From NCBI GenBank assembly GCA_048941605.1, contig JBHLNL010000004.1, positions 1 to 64,000 of the forward strand: a DNA stretch of 64,000 nucleotides, given 5' to 3'. The position numbers and the translations under genes are program-made. Below the pieces are notes generated by a model. The model saw only the letters and a list, made by a program, of their open reading frames with translations, ran no database searches and was not told the origin of the DNA. Shown one piece after another: positions 18,480-28,652 of this stretch; the stretch's first letter is position 1, and the number at the start of each line of letters is the position of its first letter. The DNA is from Promethearchaeota archaeon (GTDB lineage Archaea; Asgardarchaeota; Lokiarchaeia; Sigyniarchaeales; SOKP01).

Positions 18480-19333
18480 CTTTTAAAATGCGGAAATTAA
18501 TTGATGATTTGAAAGATATAAAATTGGCTATTTTTGATTTAGATGGAGTAATCTATCGTGGAGAAAAATTAATCCCTAATGTAGATAAAATAATCAAAGA
18601 ACTTAAAGAACATTCTATAAAAATCGTATATAATTCTAATAATTCTACCGCAACAAGGCAAACTTATGTAGAAAGATTAGGAAAATTCAATATTGAGAGT
18701 GATATATCAGAATTCTATACGAGTGCTTCAATTACATCTGCTGAAATAACAAAAATAAAGAGAAATGCGAAAATTTTTGTGATTGGAGAAAATGGTTTGA
18801 GATCAGAATTACAATCCTTAGGTCATGAAATTATAACTGAACCCAAAAATTACAAAGACATTGACTTTGTAATTGTTGGGTTAGATCGTGATTTTACATA
18901 CAATAATTTAGCAATTGCTCAAAAATGTATTTTGGAAGGAAATGCTCAATTTTATGCCACAAATGCAGATTCAACCTTACCAGTTGCTCGTGGTCTTAAA
19001 CCTGGAGCGGGTGTAATGGTGACTGCATTAATAACTTGTACAGATAAAAAGCCTATTAGAATATTTGGTAAACCTGAACCTTTTGGCATCAGAATGATAA
19101 TAAATGACGCAGGATTATCTGCTGAATATGTATGTATTTTTGGGGATAGATTGAATACTGATATTTTAGCTGGAAATCGAGCAGGAATAAAAACAGTTGC
19201 AGTCCTAACTGGAGTTACTACATTAGAAATGATTAAAGATTTAAAAATTAAAGCTGAAAAATCAAATGAGATTGATAGGAATTTAATTCCTGATATAGTA
19301 ATTAATAGCTTAGATGATATATTTAAAAAGTAG
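18470..19333 (+). CDS. HAD-superfamily hydrolase, subfamily IIA (NagD-like sugar phosphatase)
   Basis: IFDLDGVIYRG, NSNNS, GKPEP and GDRLNTDILAG motifs. Alternative start at 18488. Confidence 0.75.
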   Translation: MVLTFKMRKLIDDLKDIKLAIFDLDGVIYRGEKLIPNVDKIIKELKEHSIKIVYNSNNSTATRQTYVERLGKFNIESDISEFYTSASITSAEITKIKRNAKIFVIGENGLRSELQSLGHEIITEPKNYKDIDFVIVGLDRDFTYNNLAIAQKCILEGNAQFYATNADSTLPVARGLKPGAGVMVTALITCTDKKPIRIFGKPEPFGIRMIINDAGLSAEYVCIFGDRLNTDILAGNRAGIKTVAVLTGVTTLEMIKDLKIKAEKSNEIDRNLIPDIVINSLDDIFKK

Positions 19334-19343
19334 AATTTCTTTA

Positions 19344-19892
19344 TTACATTAAACCTGCTTTTATCATCATCAATCGACTTATTTCTTGAAAAATATCTCC
19401 CACATTTTCACCACTTTTCGCAGAACATTCTAAATAACCATATAGATTATTTTTTTTTGCTAATTCAAATGCTTCTTCTCTGGAAACCGCTCTTTTATAT
19501 TCAAGATCTATTTTACTCCCCACCATAAGAACGGGAATTTGGCTACTATCCCCTTTATAGCCCATCTTAAAAATTTCTATCCAATCGTTAAAATTTTTGA
19601 GGCTAGTATATCTAGTTATATCAAACATAAAAATTCCTCCAGATGCTCCTACAACATAACTAGGCATTAGAAATCTAAATCTATCTTCACCAGCAAAATC
19701 CCATATTTGCAAGCTAACTCGTTTTCCATCAATATCAACTTTTTTTACATGGAAATCTACACCAATGGTAATTACACTGTCGCTTTTAAAAACACCTGTT
19801 AGATATCGGTTAATTAAAGTGGTTTTACCGACTCCTCCATCTCCGAAAAAGACAATTTTAAACATCGCATCAGCCATCTTTTGATTCCCCAT
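19344..19892 (-). CDS. Rab/Ras-like small GTPase with non-canonical G3 and G4 motifs
   Basis: G1 GDGGVGKTT, G3 WDFAGEDRF, G4 GSKIDL, G5 CSAKSG. No C-terminal Cys prenylation motif. Confidence 0.85.
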   Translation of the reverse strand: MGNQKMADAMFKIVFFGDGGVGKTTLINRYLTGVFKSDSVITIGVDFHVKKVDIDGKRVSLQIWDFAGEDRFRFLMPSYVVGASGGIFMFDITRYTSLKNFNDWIEIFKMGYKGDSSQIPVLMVGSKIDLEYKRAVSREEAFELAKKNNLYGYLECSAKSGENVGDIFQEISRLMMIKAGLM

Positions 19893-20103
19893 GTAAATTG
19901 ATATAGATTAGTAATTAATATATAATACGAGTTATCTTTTTTACTTGACTTTGTTTGATATTAACTTCTTTTTATAATTATAATATATTAGATTTTTAAA
20001 AATAATTGGTTTTAGATACCTAATAATCTCAAATTTAAAATATTTTTTACAATTTATATGATGAAATATTTCTAATAAGAAAAATATTTAGAGGAAATAA
20101 ATA

Positions 20104-21258
20104 ATGTCTACAAAAGTTAGTATTATAAACGTAAAAGATTATGAATCCATTCCCAAAGCTGTAGTTGGGGCTATTAAGTTAATTGAAGACAATTTTTCGT
20201 TTGATCTTTCCAAATCTAAACAAATTCTTTTGAAACCGAATTTACTTAGAGCTAAGAAAAATGCATGTACTCAGCCTAGTTTTGTTGAGGGTGTCATCTC
20301 TTATTTAAAAGAAAAGGGAATTGCTATGGATAATGTCTCTCTTGGAGATTCTCCGGGTCAACAAGGAAAAAATGCATCGGATGTTGTGAAAGAAATTGGA
20401 TTGTTGGAGATTTGTGAAAAAAATGGTATAAAGGTCATTGATTTTGAAAGTGATGCACCAGTCATAGAAAAAATTGAAAATGCTATACAAATGAAAAATT
20501 TTCATGTCGCTAAAGCCATTAAAGATTGCGATATTTTAATAAATTTACCTCGTCTTAAAAGCCATGCAGAAGCTATGATTACAGGGGCTATGAAAAACTA
20601 CTGGGGTATAATTCCAGGAGGATTAAAAGCTAAGTATCATTTATTAGGAAAAACTGCTGATAAATTTGGAGAAGTTCTTGCAGATAATTTTTCATGGATT
20701 TTGAAAAATAAACCAAAAAGGTTAACCATATATGATCTAGAAGAGATTATGCAAGGCTCTATGGGCCCCGCTGCAGGTAATATGGTTAAATGGAATTTAA
20801 TTTTAGTAGGAACAGATGAGTTAGCGCTTGATATTGTTGCCTTAGAAATTGGTAAATTAAAAGCAAAAAATGTTCCTCATATTAAAAATGCTATTGAAAG
20901 AAATTTAGGTGTTGGAGATTTAAACAATATAGAGATTGTTGGAATGTCTTTAGAAGAAGCTAAAAAACAGACTCCAAAATTTAATGTACCTGGAAGTACT
21001 ATGACAAATTTTATTAGTTATATAACTGGTCATTTTGCTTATAAAGTAATGAAAAAAATTCCGGATCTAATTAAAGTAAAATGTGTACAGTGTGGTCAAT
21101 GTGCTCAAAATTGTCCAGCGGAAGCAATAAAATTTGTAGAAGAGAATTACCCAATATTTTTAAGGGAAAAATGTATTTCTTGCTTATGTTGTTTCGAATT
21201 ATGCCCTGAGAATGCAATAAAAACAAGAAGTAGAGGATTTTTTGGTCTATTTGATTAA
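20104..21258 (+). CDS. DUF362 domain protein with a C-terminal 2x[4Fe-4S] ferredoxin domain
   Basis: DUF362-like core (ILLKPNL..., LPRLKSH) plus CVQCGQCAQNCP and CISCLCCFELCP cluster motifs. Confidence 0.65.
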   Translation: MSTKVSIINVKDYESIPKAVVGAIKLIEDNFSFDLSKSKQILLKPNLLRAKKNACTQPSFVEGVISYLKEKGIAMDNVSLGDSPGQQGKNASDVVKEIGLLEICEKNGIKVIDFESDAPVIEKIENAIQMKNFHVAKAIKDCDILINLPRLKSHAEAMITGAMKNYWGIIPGGLKAKYHLLGKTADKFGEVLADNFSWILKNKPKRLTIYDLEEIMQGSMGPAAGNMVKWNLILVGTDELALDIVALEIGKLKAKNVPHIKNAIERNLGVGDLNNIEIVGMSLEEAKKQTPKFNVPGSTMTNFISYITGHFAYKVMKKIPDLIKVKCVQCGQCAQNCPAEAIKFVEENYPIFLREKCISCLCCFELCPENAIKTRSRGFFGLFD

Positions 21259-22673
21259 ATCATTAGGTTTTTTTCTATTTTTGAATATAATTTCAGGAAA
21301 TAGTAATTTGACAGTCGAGCATTAAGTATTGAGTTATATTGAATGAATTCATTTGAAGAATGAGCAAAACCCCCTATACCCAAACCTCCGGTGATGAAGT
21401 TTAATCCCAATTCTCTCTGAATTTTACTTAAAGGAGCAGCAGCAGCACTTATTGGCCATATCTCCGTTGAGAATCCTAACATCTTTGCGCTTTCTATAAG
21501 ACATTTAACAAGAGGTGAATTCTTTCTGACTCGTGAACTTTCATACCCAATGTTTTTGGCTATTAAGATTTCAGATTTAGTCTTTTTGGAGTACTCATCT
21601 ACTTTTTCATTAATTTCTTTTAAAATTTGTTCAATTGTGACATTATGAGCAAATCTAATATCTACATTGCAAAAAGCTTCATTCGGGACATAATTTTTTG
21701 TTCCATCCTTCAAAAATCCTGATTTTAAAGTTGATATATTGAAAGTAGGATTAAATAAATAATTAGTAAATACCTTAACAGGGTCTTCTTCAATTGTCTG
21801 TTCGATTCCCGCCTTTTTCTTAATTTTATCAATGTCAAGCTCTTTTATAAGCGAGTTTATGAGCGATTGCTCTTCGTTAGTAAGTTTATATGGCTTTTTC
21901 AAGCTTTCAATTTGGAATTCATAATTGGTATAAATCAGATTAAGCAAAGAAACTAGGTCTGTTGCGGGATTAGGAATCATAGCACTAAAAGCTGAATGGG
22001 GTTCTTTGTTTCTTGATGAGACTTTAATTGTTAATGCCAAAATTCCTTTATATCCTAATTTTAAAATAGAATTTTGGTTAATATCTTGTTTTGTTGAGGG
22101 ATAATAGGCATCTTTACAATCCTTAAATAATTTTCTTTGATTTCTATCTTCAAGAAATTTTAAAATTGAGGGTGAACCTTTTTCCTCATCACCATCAAAT
22201 AAAAGGGTTAGGGAAATCGGTAATTTTTCCTCTTCTTTCAAGATTTTAACGATATTCAAAAAACATAAAAGGGGTGTTTTAGAGTTATATGCTCCCCTCG
22301 CTATAATACAATCACCTAATTGATTAAGTGGGGGGGGAAGAATCCTAATATCTGCCCCAAAAGGATCACTAATCCATTCATTTTCTTGGTTAACGGGCTG
22401 AGTATCGTACATCATATAAATTAATAACGAGTTTTCCTTTTCTCCCTTTACTTTTCCAATTATTATAGGATTAATCAAACCCTCATATTCCTTAATTTCT
22501 TCAGAAAATTCAGAAATATAGGAGATGAGATAATTTTTAGCGATTTTTATCCCTTCTTGGTTAAGAGTATTACTTGGAATCCTTAGAAATGGACGTAATT
22601 CGTTTTCAATAAATTTTTTATTCGAATTTTTGATTAATTCTGTAATTTTAATTTGAGAATTCGCTTTTTCCAT
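21255..22673 (-). CDS. M20-family metallopeptidase (dipeptidase/ArgE-DapE type)
   Basis: YMMYDTQPV..EWISDPF, ARGAYNSKTP, FDGDEEKGS and GGFAHSSNEF motifs. Confidence 0.65.
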   Translation of the reverse strand: MEKANSQIKITELIKNSNKKFIENELRPFLRIPSNTLNQEGIKIAKNYLISYISEFSEEIKEYEGLINPIIIGKVKGEKENSLLIYMMYDTQPVNQENEWISDPFGADIRILPPPLNQLGDCIIARGAYNSKTPLLCFLNIVKILKEEEKLPISLTLLFDGDEEKGSPSILKFLEDRNQRKLFKDCKDAYYPSTKQDINQNSILKLGYKGILALTIKVSSRNKEPHSAFSAMIPNPATDLVSLLNLIYTNYEFQIESLKKPYKLTNEEQSLINSLIKELDIDKIKKKAGIEQTIEEDPVKVFTNYLFNPTFNISTLKSGFLKDGTKNYVPNEAFCNVDIRFAHNVTIEQILKEINEKVDEYSKKTKSEILIAKNIGYESSRVRKNSPLVKCLIESAKMLGFSTEIWPISAAAAPLSKIQRELGLNFITGGLGIGGFAHSSNEFIQYNSILNARLSNYYFLKLYSKIEKNLMI

Positions 22674-22724
22674 ATATAATAAAATGATTAAATACTTTTA
22701 TTTAATTGTCCATATTTATAGAAA

Positions 22725-23111
22725 ATGAATTATATGAATGAATCTAAGATGCAGAAATCTGATGAATTATCCCAAATCCTTAGTGAACTAAAGAATAAAG
22801 GTAATTTAGATGGTGTAATTTTTGCTAATAGAGATGGAGGGCTCATATTAGAAAATTTAGAAAATCAATTTGATAGTCAAAAATTTGTATCTATGAGTGC
22901 CTCTGTGTTAGAAAGTGCAGTAGGGATTGGAGATACTATAGGTAATCAAAAGATTAAAAAAATTATTGCTGAATTAGAAGAAAAGACAATACTAATTTTT
23001 GAATGTGATATTAAAACGTTTCTGATACTGATTATTAATAAGAAGTCTAATATTTCTTACATTTTTGACAATTTAGATGATATTATCAAGAAAATTGGTA
23101 GATTATATTAA
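22725..23111 (+). CDS. Roadblock/LC7 domain protein (AT-rich paralog)
   Basis: LDGVIFANRDGGLILENL...SMSASVLESAVGIG...EEKTILIF fits Roadblock/LC7. Confidence 0.65.
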   Translation: MNYMNESKMQKSDELSQILSELKNKGNLDGVIFANRDGGLILENLENQFDSQKFVSMSASVLESAVGIGDTIGNQKIKKIIAELEEKTILIFECDIKTFLILIINKKSNISYIFDNLDDIIKKIGRLY

Positions 23112-23144
23112 CTACGTAATTATTTTCACTTGAAAACTCAATTT

Positions 23145-24815
23145 TTATAAGTTATTCATCCAATTTGGATCAATTTGGTTTAAAGCATTCTCAATTTCTT
23201 TTCGTACATCCCAATTGTCATCTCCTAAAGATTCAACTAAGGGTTTTATTGCATCTTTATTTCCAATTTCACCTAAAGCTTTAATTGCTGATATTCTTAT
23301 TTTATCGTCATTTTCTTTTAATAATTGAATAAATGGTTCAATAGAATCTATATCTTTAAGTTTTCCTAATGCCATGGCAGCCCAACTTTTTATATATACA
23401 TCTTCATCGTTTAAACATGATATTAGAGAATTAAGTGATTCATTGCTTCCAGTTCTCAACAATAATTTGACAGCTGCTCTACGAGTCTTCCAATTTGAAC
23501 TATCAAGAGATTTTATTGCAAAATCTATAACTTTGCTATTTTCAAATTTGATTAATGCATCTACTGCTACTTTTCTTACACTTCCATTTTCATCTTCAAT
23601 TAAATTAAAAACATGATCGATAGTTTTTGGATCAGCAATTTCGCCTAAAATTTTAACAGAAAACATTCTTATTTGCCAAGATTTATCTGAAATTGCATCG
23701 ATAATCTTATTATCTACTTTATTATTCAAAATTTTTAAAAGAGATCGATAAGAAGAACCTCGTAAACTGGCTACTTTACTACTAAAAATAGAGATCAATA
23801 AGTCAATAGCATCAATATCTTTTAAAATTCCTAATAATTTTATTGCTTCTCTTCTTGCATTAATATTTCTTCCCTTTATTGTTTCATAAAGTGGTTCATA
23901 CGATTTAGTTTTGCCAAAAATCTTATAAAGAGCATTTTTAACAAGGTTTCTGATTTTTGCATCATTTTCTTTTAATAATTCAATTAATGGTTTTATTGCC
24001 TTCTTGCTTCCTACATTACCTAAGACGCGAATAACTTCTTTTTGTACTTCAATATCTTGATCTTCTAGTAAATCCAGAATATGCTTTACATTTCTTAATT
24101 CAATTATTCCATCTAATGCTTTTACTGAATTTTTCCTAATTATTGGATTTTCGTCTTTTAAAAGGTTTATTAAAATGTTTTCACTCTCTTTATTTTTTAT
24201 TTTCCCAAGAATGACTGGAATTTCTCTTCTGATATAAAGATCTTCTACATTAACAAAATCATTAATATCCTCTAAATTTCCTTTTTTACCAATTTTTACA
24301 ATCGTTTCTATCAATGGATTGTATATCTCCATGTTTCTAAAATGGAGAACATTCATTAATGGTCTGAGTGCTTCACTAGCATCAGTTTTTCCTAATAGAA
24401 CAATAGCTTCTCTTTTTACTTCAATATCAGGATCATTTAATGCATCTATAAAGAACAGTATTGAATCATTTAGATTTACTTGTCCAACCTCTGAAATAAG
24501 TTTCTTTCTAACTGAACCATCTTTACAATTTTTATATTGTTCTTTTAAGAATTCAATTCCATCTATTTTATAACAAATCGATAATAACTCAATTAATTTT
24601 AACCTCAATTGAGGATGTTGATCGTTTAGAAAAATATTTTTTATATTTTGAAAACGATTTTTTTCACTATCATCATAAATAGTTAAAAGCTCAGCTGCTT
24701 TTAATTTACTTTCCATATTTTGAGAGCTAGATAAAACTGATAAGAGCATTTCAAGAGCTTCACTTTCATCCATAGATTTTATTTTTTCAGCTAATTGATC
24801 ACCATTAAAACTCAA
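23145..24815 (-). CDS. HEAT-repeat (PBS-lyase HEAT-like) protein
   Basis: More than 12 copies of a ~31-aa unit of the type D.d..VR..A..ALG.IG...AI.PLI.LL.D. (for example DDKIRISAIKALGEIGNKDAIKPLVESLGDDNWDVRKEI). Confidence 0.85.
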   Translation of the reverse strand: MSFNGDQLAEKIKSMDESEALEMLLSVLSSSQNMESKLKAAELLTIYDDSEKNRFQNIKNIFLNDQHPQLRLKLIELLSICYKIDGIEFLKEQYKNCKDGSVRKKLISEVGQVNLNDSILFFIDALNDPDIEVKREAIVLLGKTDASEALRPLMNVLHFRNMEIYNPLIETIVKIGKKGNLEDINDFVNVEDLYIRREIPVILGKIKNKESENILINLLKDENPIIRKNSVKALDGIIELRNVKHILDLLEDQDIEVQKEVIRVLGNVGSKKAIKPLIELLKENDAKIRNLVKNALYKIFGKTKSYEPLYETIKGRNINARREAIKLLGILKDIDAIDLLISIFSSKVASLRGSSYRSLLKILNNKVDNKIIDAISDKSWQIRMFSVKILGEIADPKTIDHVFNLIEDENGSVRKVAVDALIKFENSKVIDFAIKSLDSSNWKTRRAAVKLLLRTGSNESLNSLISCLNDEDVYIKSWAAMALGKLKDIDSIEPFIQLLKENDDKIRISAIKALGEIGNKDAIKPLVESLGDDNWDVRKEIENALNQIDPNWMNNL

Positions 24816-24941
24816 TTTTAAAACCTTAAATTTTTAGAAGTAAATACAAAATATAGAAAACAAAAAAATCTTTGAAATACTAATAAAAACTTGATTTATT
24901 TATTTTTATTCTTTTACGAAAAATGGTTTGTTTTAGTTAAT

Positions 24942-25784
24942 ATGAAAAAATATAACATAAGAGAGCCTAAAGATAATGAAATCACTGGAAGTATAAAAGT
25001 TTTATATTCTTCTTTTGGTAGAGATCTTCCAGAGAAAATTAAAGAGGAAGAAAAAATATGGAAAACTTTAATTGATGAGGAAATTGGTAGATTCGTAATT
25101 TCTGAAAAAGACGGTAAATTTATTGGAGTGGGAGGTATCTTTTTATTTGAAAAAGTTTGTAGTTTTGGATATATGGCTGTCTTGCCAGAATATAGAGGAA
25201 AAGGACTTGGAACAGAAATTTTTAGCAGGTTATTAGAAATTGCTAATAAAATGAATTGTGAAACTAAGGTTCTTTATGCTTCTAAGTTAGGAGAGCCTAT
25301 CTATAAAAAATTTGGTTTTAAAAGAAGGTTTTATGGCGTGATGTATCAGTTACCGTTGCAAACTTCAGAATTGGGTATTGTGGATAAAGAGGTGAAAATT
25401 TTAAATACAACTCCTGATTGGATATTAAGTTTAGATAAGAAAGCAATGGGATTTGATCGTGTGAGGTATTTAAATATGAGAATAAAATTAGGTGCTAGAA
25501 TATTAATGGTTGAAAATGAAGGATATGGTTTATTAGCGAATAATAGGTTAGGACCATTAATATCCACGAATTTGAAAGCAGCTTCACAGATTATTAATAA
25601 GAGTATTACTTTAGATGCTGATCATATGATTATTGCACACCATCAATACTTCCCAAAAAGAATTTTTAATTTCTTTAATTTTGTTGAACTAGAAAATAGG
25701 GCTAGTGTAAAAATGGTATTGGGAAAAGAAATTCCTGAAAATTTAGATTTATTATATGCAATAGGTACATATGCCAAGGGTTAA
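24942..25784 (+). CDS. GNAT-family N-acetyltransferase with a C-terminal YitH-like domain
   Basis: MAVLPEYRGKGLGTEIFSRLLE motif. ATG at 24942 preferred over the upstream TTG at 24891. Confidence 0.7.
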   Translation: MKKYNIREPKDNEITGSIKVLYSSFGRDLPEKIKEEEKIWKTLIDEEIGRFVISEKDGKFIGVGGIFLFEKVCSFGYMAVLPEYRGKGLGTEIFSRLLEIANKMNCETKVLYASKLGEPIYKKFGFKRRFYGVMYQLPLQTSELGIVDKEVKILNTTPDWILSLDKKAMGFDRVRYLNMRIKLGARILMVENEGYGLLANNRLGPLISTNLKAASQIINKSITLDADHMIIAHHQYFPKRIFNFFNFVELENRASVKMVLGKEIPENLDLLYAIGTYAKG

Positions 25785-25810
25785 AAAAATATATTTTGAG
25801 ATAAAAAATA

Positions 25811-26683
25811 ATGAGGTTTCAATCCCTAGATCAGTTCTCCGAGATAGCGATTTTGGATACCCATAATGAAGCTTTTTCTGATTATCATGTACCAATGCAA
25901 TTATCACTTGAGGTTTTTCAATACTTCAACCGTCGACGTGGAGTTCGCTATGATCTTTCCATAGGTGCTGTAGAAGAAAAAACTCTAATAGGATTTATCT
26001 TAAATGCAGTTGATTTCTGGAGAGGAAAATTGACTACATATGATTGTGGAACGGGAGTCATACCAAGATTTCGTCAAAAAGGTATAGGTGATCAGATGTT
26101 CGAAGAACTTTTACCTATGTTAAAAGCTGAAAATATTGAGCAATATCTTCTTGAAGTTATCAAAACCAATACTGCTGGAATAAATCTTTATAAAAAACGT
26201 AATTTTATGATTACACGGGAATTTGATTGTTTACAAGTAGAGCGGGAACAGATTTTAAGTGAATTAAAAAAGCTGCAAAAATCAGTTGGTTTGAATAAAT
26301 ATGAATATCAAAAGCTTGAAAAGATTGATTGGGATGTCGTTCGAGACTTCTGGGAATATCTTCCTTCATGGCAAAATTCTGATATGTCTATCCAGAGAGT
26401 GCAAGAGAGTTTCAATTATCTTGGAGCATTTTATCAGAATGAATTAGTTGGTTATATGGTATTTGAACCACACGGAAGTATTACCCAATTAGCTTTCCAC
26501 GCAGATCATAGAAGTCAAAATATGGGGTATAATTTTATGAATAGAATGCTGAAAGAAACCCCTGAGGTAGATAAATTTAACATTATCAATGTAGATAGCA
26601 GAGACAAAAATCTACTCGCTTTGCTTAAAAAAATAGGATTTAAGACTTTTGTATCACAATATGAAATGATTTTAGAATTATGA
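25811..26683 (+). CDS. Tandem-GNAT N-acetyltransferase
   Basis: RFRQKGIGDQMFEELL in the first half, and a second GNAT-like half (LVGYMVFEP...HRSQNMGYNFMNRML). Confidence 0.65.
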   Translation: MRFQSLDQFSEIAILDTHNEAFSDYHVPMQLSLEVFQYFNRRRGVRYDLSIGAVEEKTLIGFILNAVDFWRGKLTTYDCGTGVIPRFRQKGIGDQMFEELLPMLKAENIEQYLLEVIKTNTAGINLYKKRNFMITREFDCLQVEREQILSELKKLQKSVGLNKYEYQKLEKIDWDVVRDFWEYLPSWQNSDMSIQRVQESFNYLGAFYQNELVGYMVFEPHGSITQLAFHADHRSQNMGYNFMNRMLKETPEVDKFNIINVDSRDKNLLALLKKIGFKTFVSQYEMILEL

Positions 26684-26748
26684 GAATTATTTATCTCGAA
26701 GATCTATCTTAATCAATTAGCTCTCACATTTTTTAAAAAATAAAAATT

Positions 26749-27414
26749 TTAGGTTTTGTAACCAGCCCATAAAATAGCATCTTTAAGCAGACTTCGAAAA
26801 CCTAAATTATAATGAGCACCCCACCCATGTCCAGGAATTACGACTACCACTCTTGATTTTTCGTACGGACTAATCCAAATTAATGGTTTATCGCTTGTAA
26901 AAAGATTAGATTGTAGAACGACTTTTATATTTGGCGATAACCACATATTTTTATAGGTTTCATCATATATATGAACCGGTAATCCACTTAAACTGGAAGT
27001 AATAGGGTGTTTCCCTACCGTAATTCCTATGATTTCTTGATGGCTCATGTAATTTGAAGACGGTAAATCTCCATCAGGTTGCATTAGATACCTTCCTCCT
27101 ACAACTTCTTCATACCACCATTTCCATGAATTATACGTCGCAATTGCATGATGTAAGACTATTACGCCTTTACTCCCTTCAATAAATCTTTTTAAATTTT
27201 TCTTTACAGTCTCATCTGGATTTTGATTCAAGTTATACATTATAATGACATCATATTTTTCTCTTAAATCTTCACCGAAAGCTTTTTTATCGGAATCGAT
27301 ATGAGTCCATTCTATCTCTTCAATAGCACTAAAAACTCTGAAAATAGTATTCTCAAAGGATGCTCCTCCACTAACAATTAATAATCTTATTTTAGTATTA
27401 ATTTGATTTGTCAT
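26749..27414 (-). CDS. ThuA-like (trehalose utilisation / class-I glutamine amidotransferase-like) domain protein
   Basis: RLLIVSGGASFEN, YDVIIMYN, VLHHAIATY and PGHGW motifs. Confidence 0.55.
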   Translation of the reverse strand: MTNQINTKIRLLIVSGGASFENTIFRVFSAIEEIEWTHIDSDKKAFGEDLREKYDVIIMYNLNQNPDETVKKNLKRFIEGSKGVIVLHHAIATYNSWKWWYEEVVGGRYLMQPDGDLPSSNYMSHQEIIGITVGKHPITSSLSGLPVHIYDETYKNMWLSPNIKVVLQSNLFTSDKPLIWISPYEKSRVVVVIPGHGWGAHYNLGFRSLLKDAILWAGYKT

Positions 27415-27563
27415 ATTTCTCCATCTTTATATTGTATTTTTATTTTCAATATTCTAAACGGCAAAATAATATTATATTAATTACCGTTTGTATAGTTTAC
27501 AAATGGCAAAAATTATTTATAAAGTTTACCATATTATATATTAATAATAAAAATGATGATAAA

Positions 27564-28646
27564 ATGTTAGAGTTTAAATTAAAAGATCTTGACATTATTA
27601 ACGAATTAGATAAATTTGGCCCTCAAATACCTACTACACAAATTAGTCGTAATCTTAACATTCCTGCAAGAACAATTCGTTATAGACTAGCTAAATTAAA
27701 GGAAAAAAAATTATTGATTCCCTCATTTGTTTTCATGCATGAACGTAGATTAGGATTAGGAGAGGAAATATTGCTTCTGGAAGAAAATCAAAAGTTTCAA
27801 TCTAAGATTTTACAAATTATAAACTCATTTCCGACTTTTTATTGGCATGCTCATACGTATGGAAAGTTTAATGGCTTACTTGTGCATTCTCTATTCAATT
27901 TATCAAAGCCTAATACTAATTCAATAATTATATCGGAAATGATAAAAAAGGATTTAATTAAAGAATATCAGATTTTCCAAATGGTCGATTATCATCATAA
28001 AAGTATGAATTATAAAAAATATTTGCCTAGGACAGGTTGGGCTATGAAATCGGATGATTGGTTTAAAAGGATTGATAATTTAGATGTAATTTCTGATATT
28101 TTAGAAACAAAACTAAATGAAAGTTTTAATTTAGTAGATTTTGATTATAAAGATATTTTAATATTACAGCAACTTTCTATTGATGGATCTATAACCCTAC
28201 AACAACTCGGAAATATTTTAAACTTATCTAAAACCCAAATCAGAAAAAGAATTCTTAGCCTTAAAAGAAAAAATATCATTAAAGTTATTAAACCGATTTT
28301 CTCGCCAATTCCTAAAGACCAAATGCTATATCTTTATTGTTTTGTTGAGGTTGGAAATCTAAAAAAAGAATTCGTTGAAAACATATGTCAAATTCCCTTT
28401 TCTTTCATGTTTATTTTCGAATCAGATAGTAAATATTGTATTAGATTAAATATTTCGAGGAAAGATATGGTAGCTTTTATGAATAGTTTTGAACTGTTAA
28501 AAGAATATATTGATTCCTATTTTATGCAGTTTATATTTGAAAATCCAACTGCTAGAAATCCTGAATTGTATGAGTTTTATAATAGACATACTAAAACATG
28601 GGAAATTGATACAAATGAAATAATTTCAAAAATAAAAAAAATTTAA
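27564..28646 (+). CDS. Duplicated Lrp/AsnC-type winged-HTH transcriptional regulator
   Basis: Two HTH units (ISRNLNIPARTIRYRLAKLKEKKLL and LGNILNLSKTQIRKRILSLKRKNII), each followed by a RAM-like segment. The ATG at 27564 is preferred because the upstream part of the ORF is low-complexity. Confidence 0.6.
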   Translation: MLEFKLKDLDIINELDKFGPQIPTTQISRNLNIPARTIRYRLAKLKEKKLLIPSFVFMHERRLGLGEEILLLEENQKFQSKILQIINSFPTFYWHAHTYGKFNGLLVHSLFNLSKPNTNSIIISEMIKKDLIKEYQIFQMVDYHHKSMNYKKYLPRTGWAMKSDDWFKRIDNLDVISDILETKLNESFNLVDFDYKDILILQQLSIDGSITLQQLGNILNLSKTQIRKRILSLKRKNIIKVIKPIFSPIPKDQMLYLYCFVEVGNLKKEFVENICQIPFSFMFIFESDSKYCIRLNISRKDMVAFMNSFELLKEYIDSYFMQFIFENPTARNPELYEFYNRHTKTWEIDTNEIISKIKKI

Positions 28647-28652
28647 AAAGAA

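Noticed and set aside
21255-21258. Convergent genes sharing a 4-nt TTAA stop/stop overlap (also at 34377..34380)
   Set aside because: It is real in the sequence, but it is a trivial consequence of TAA stops on both strands in a compact AT-rich genome. No further structure was seen.
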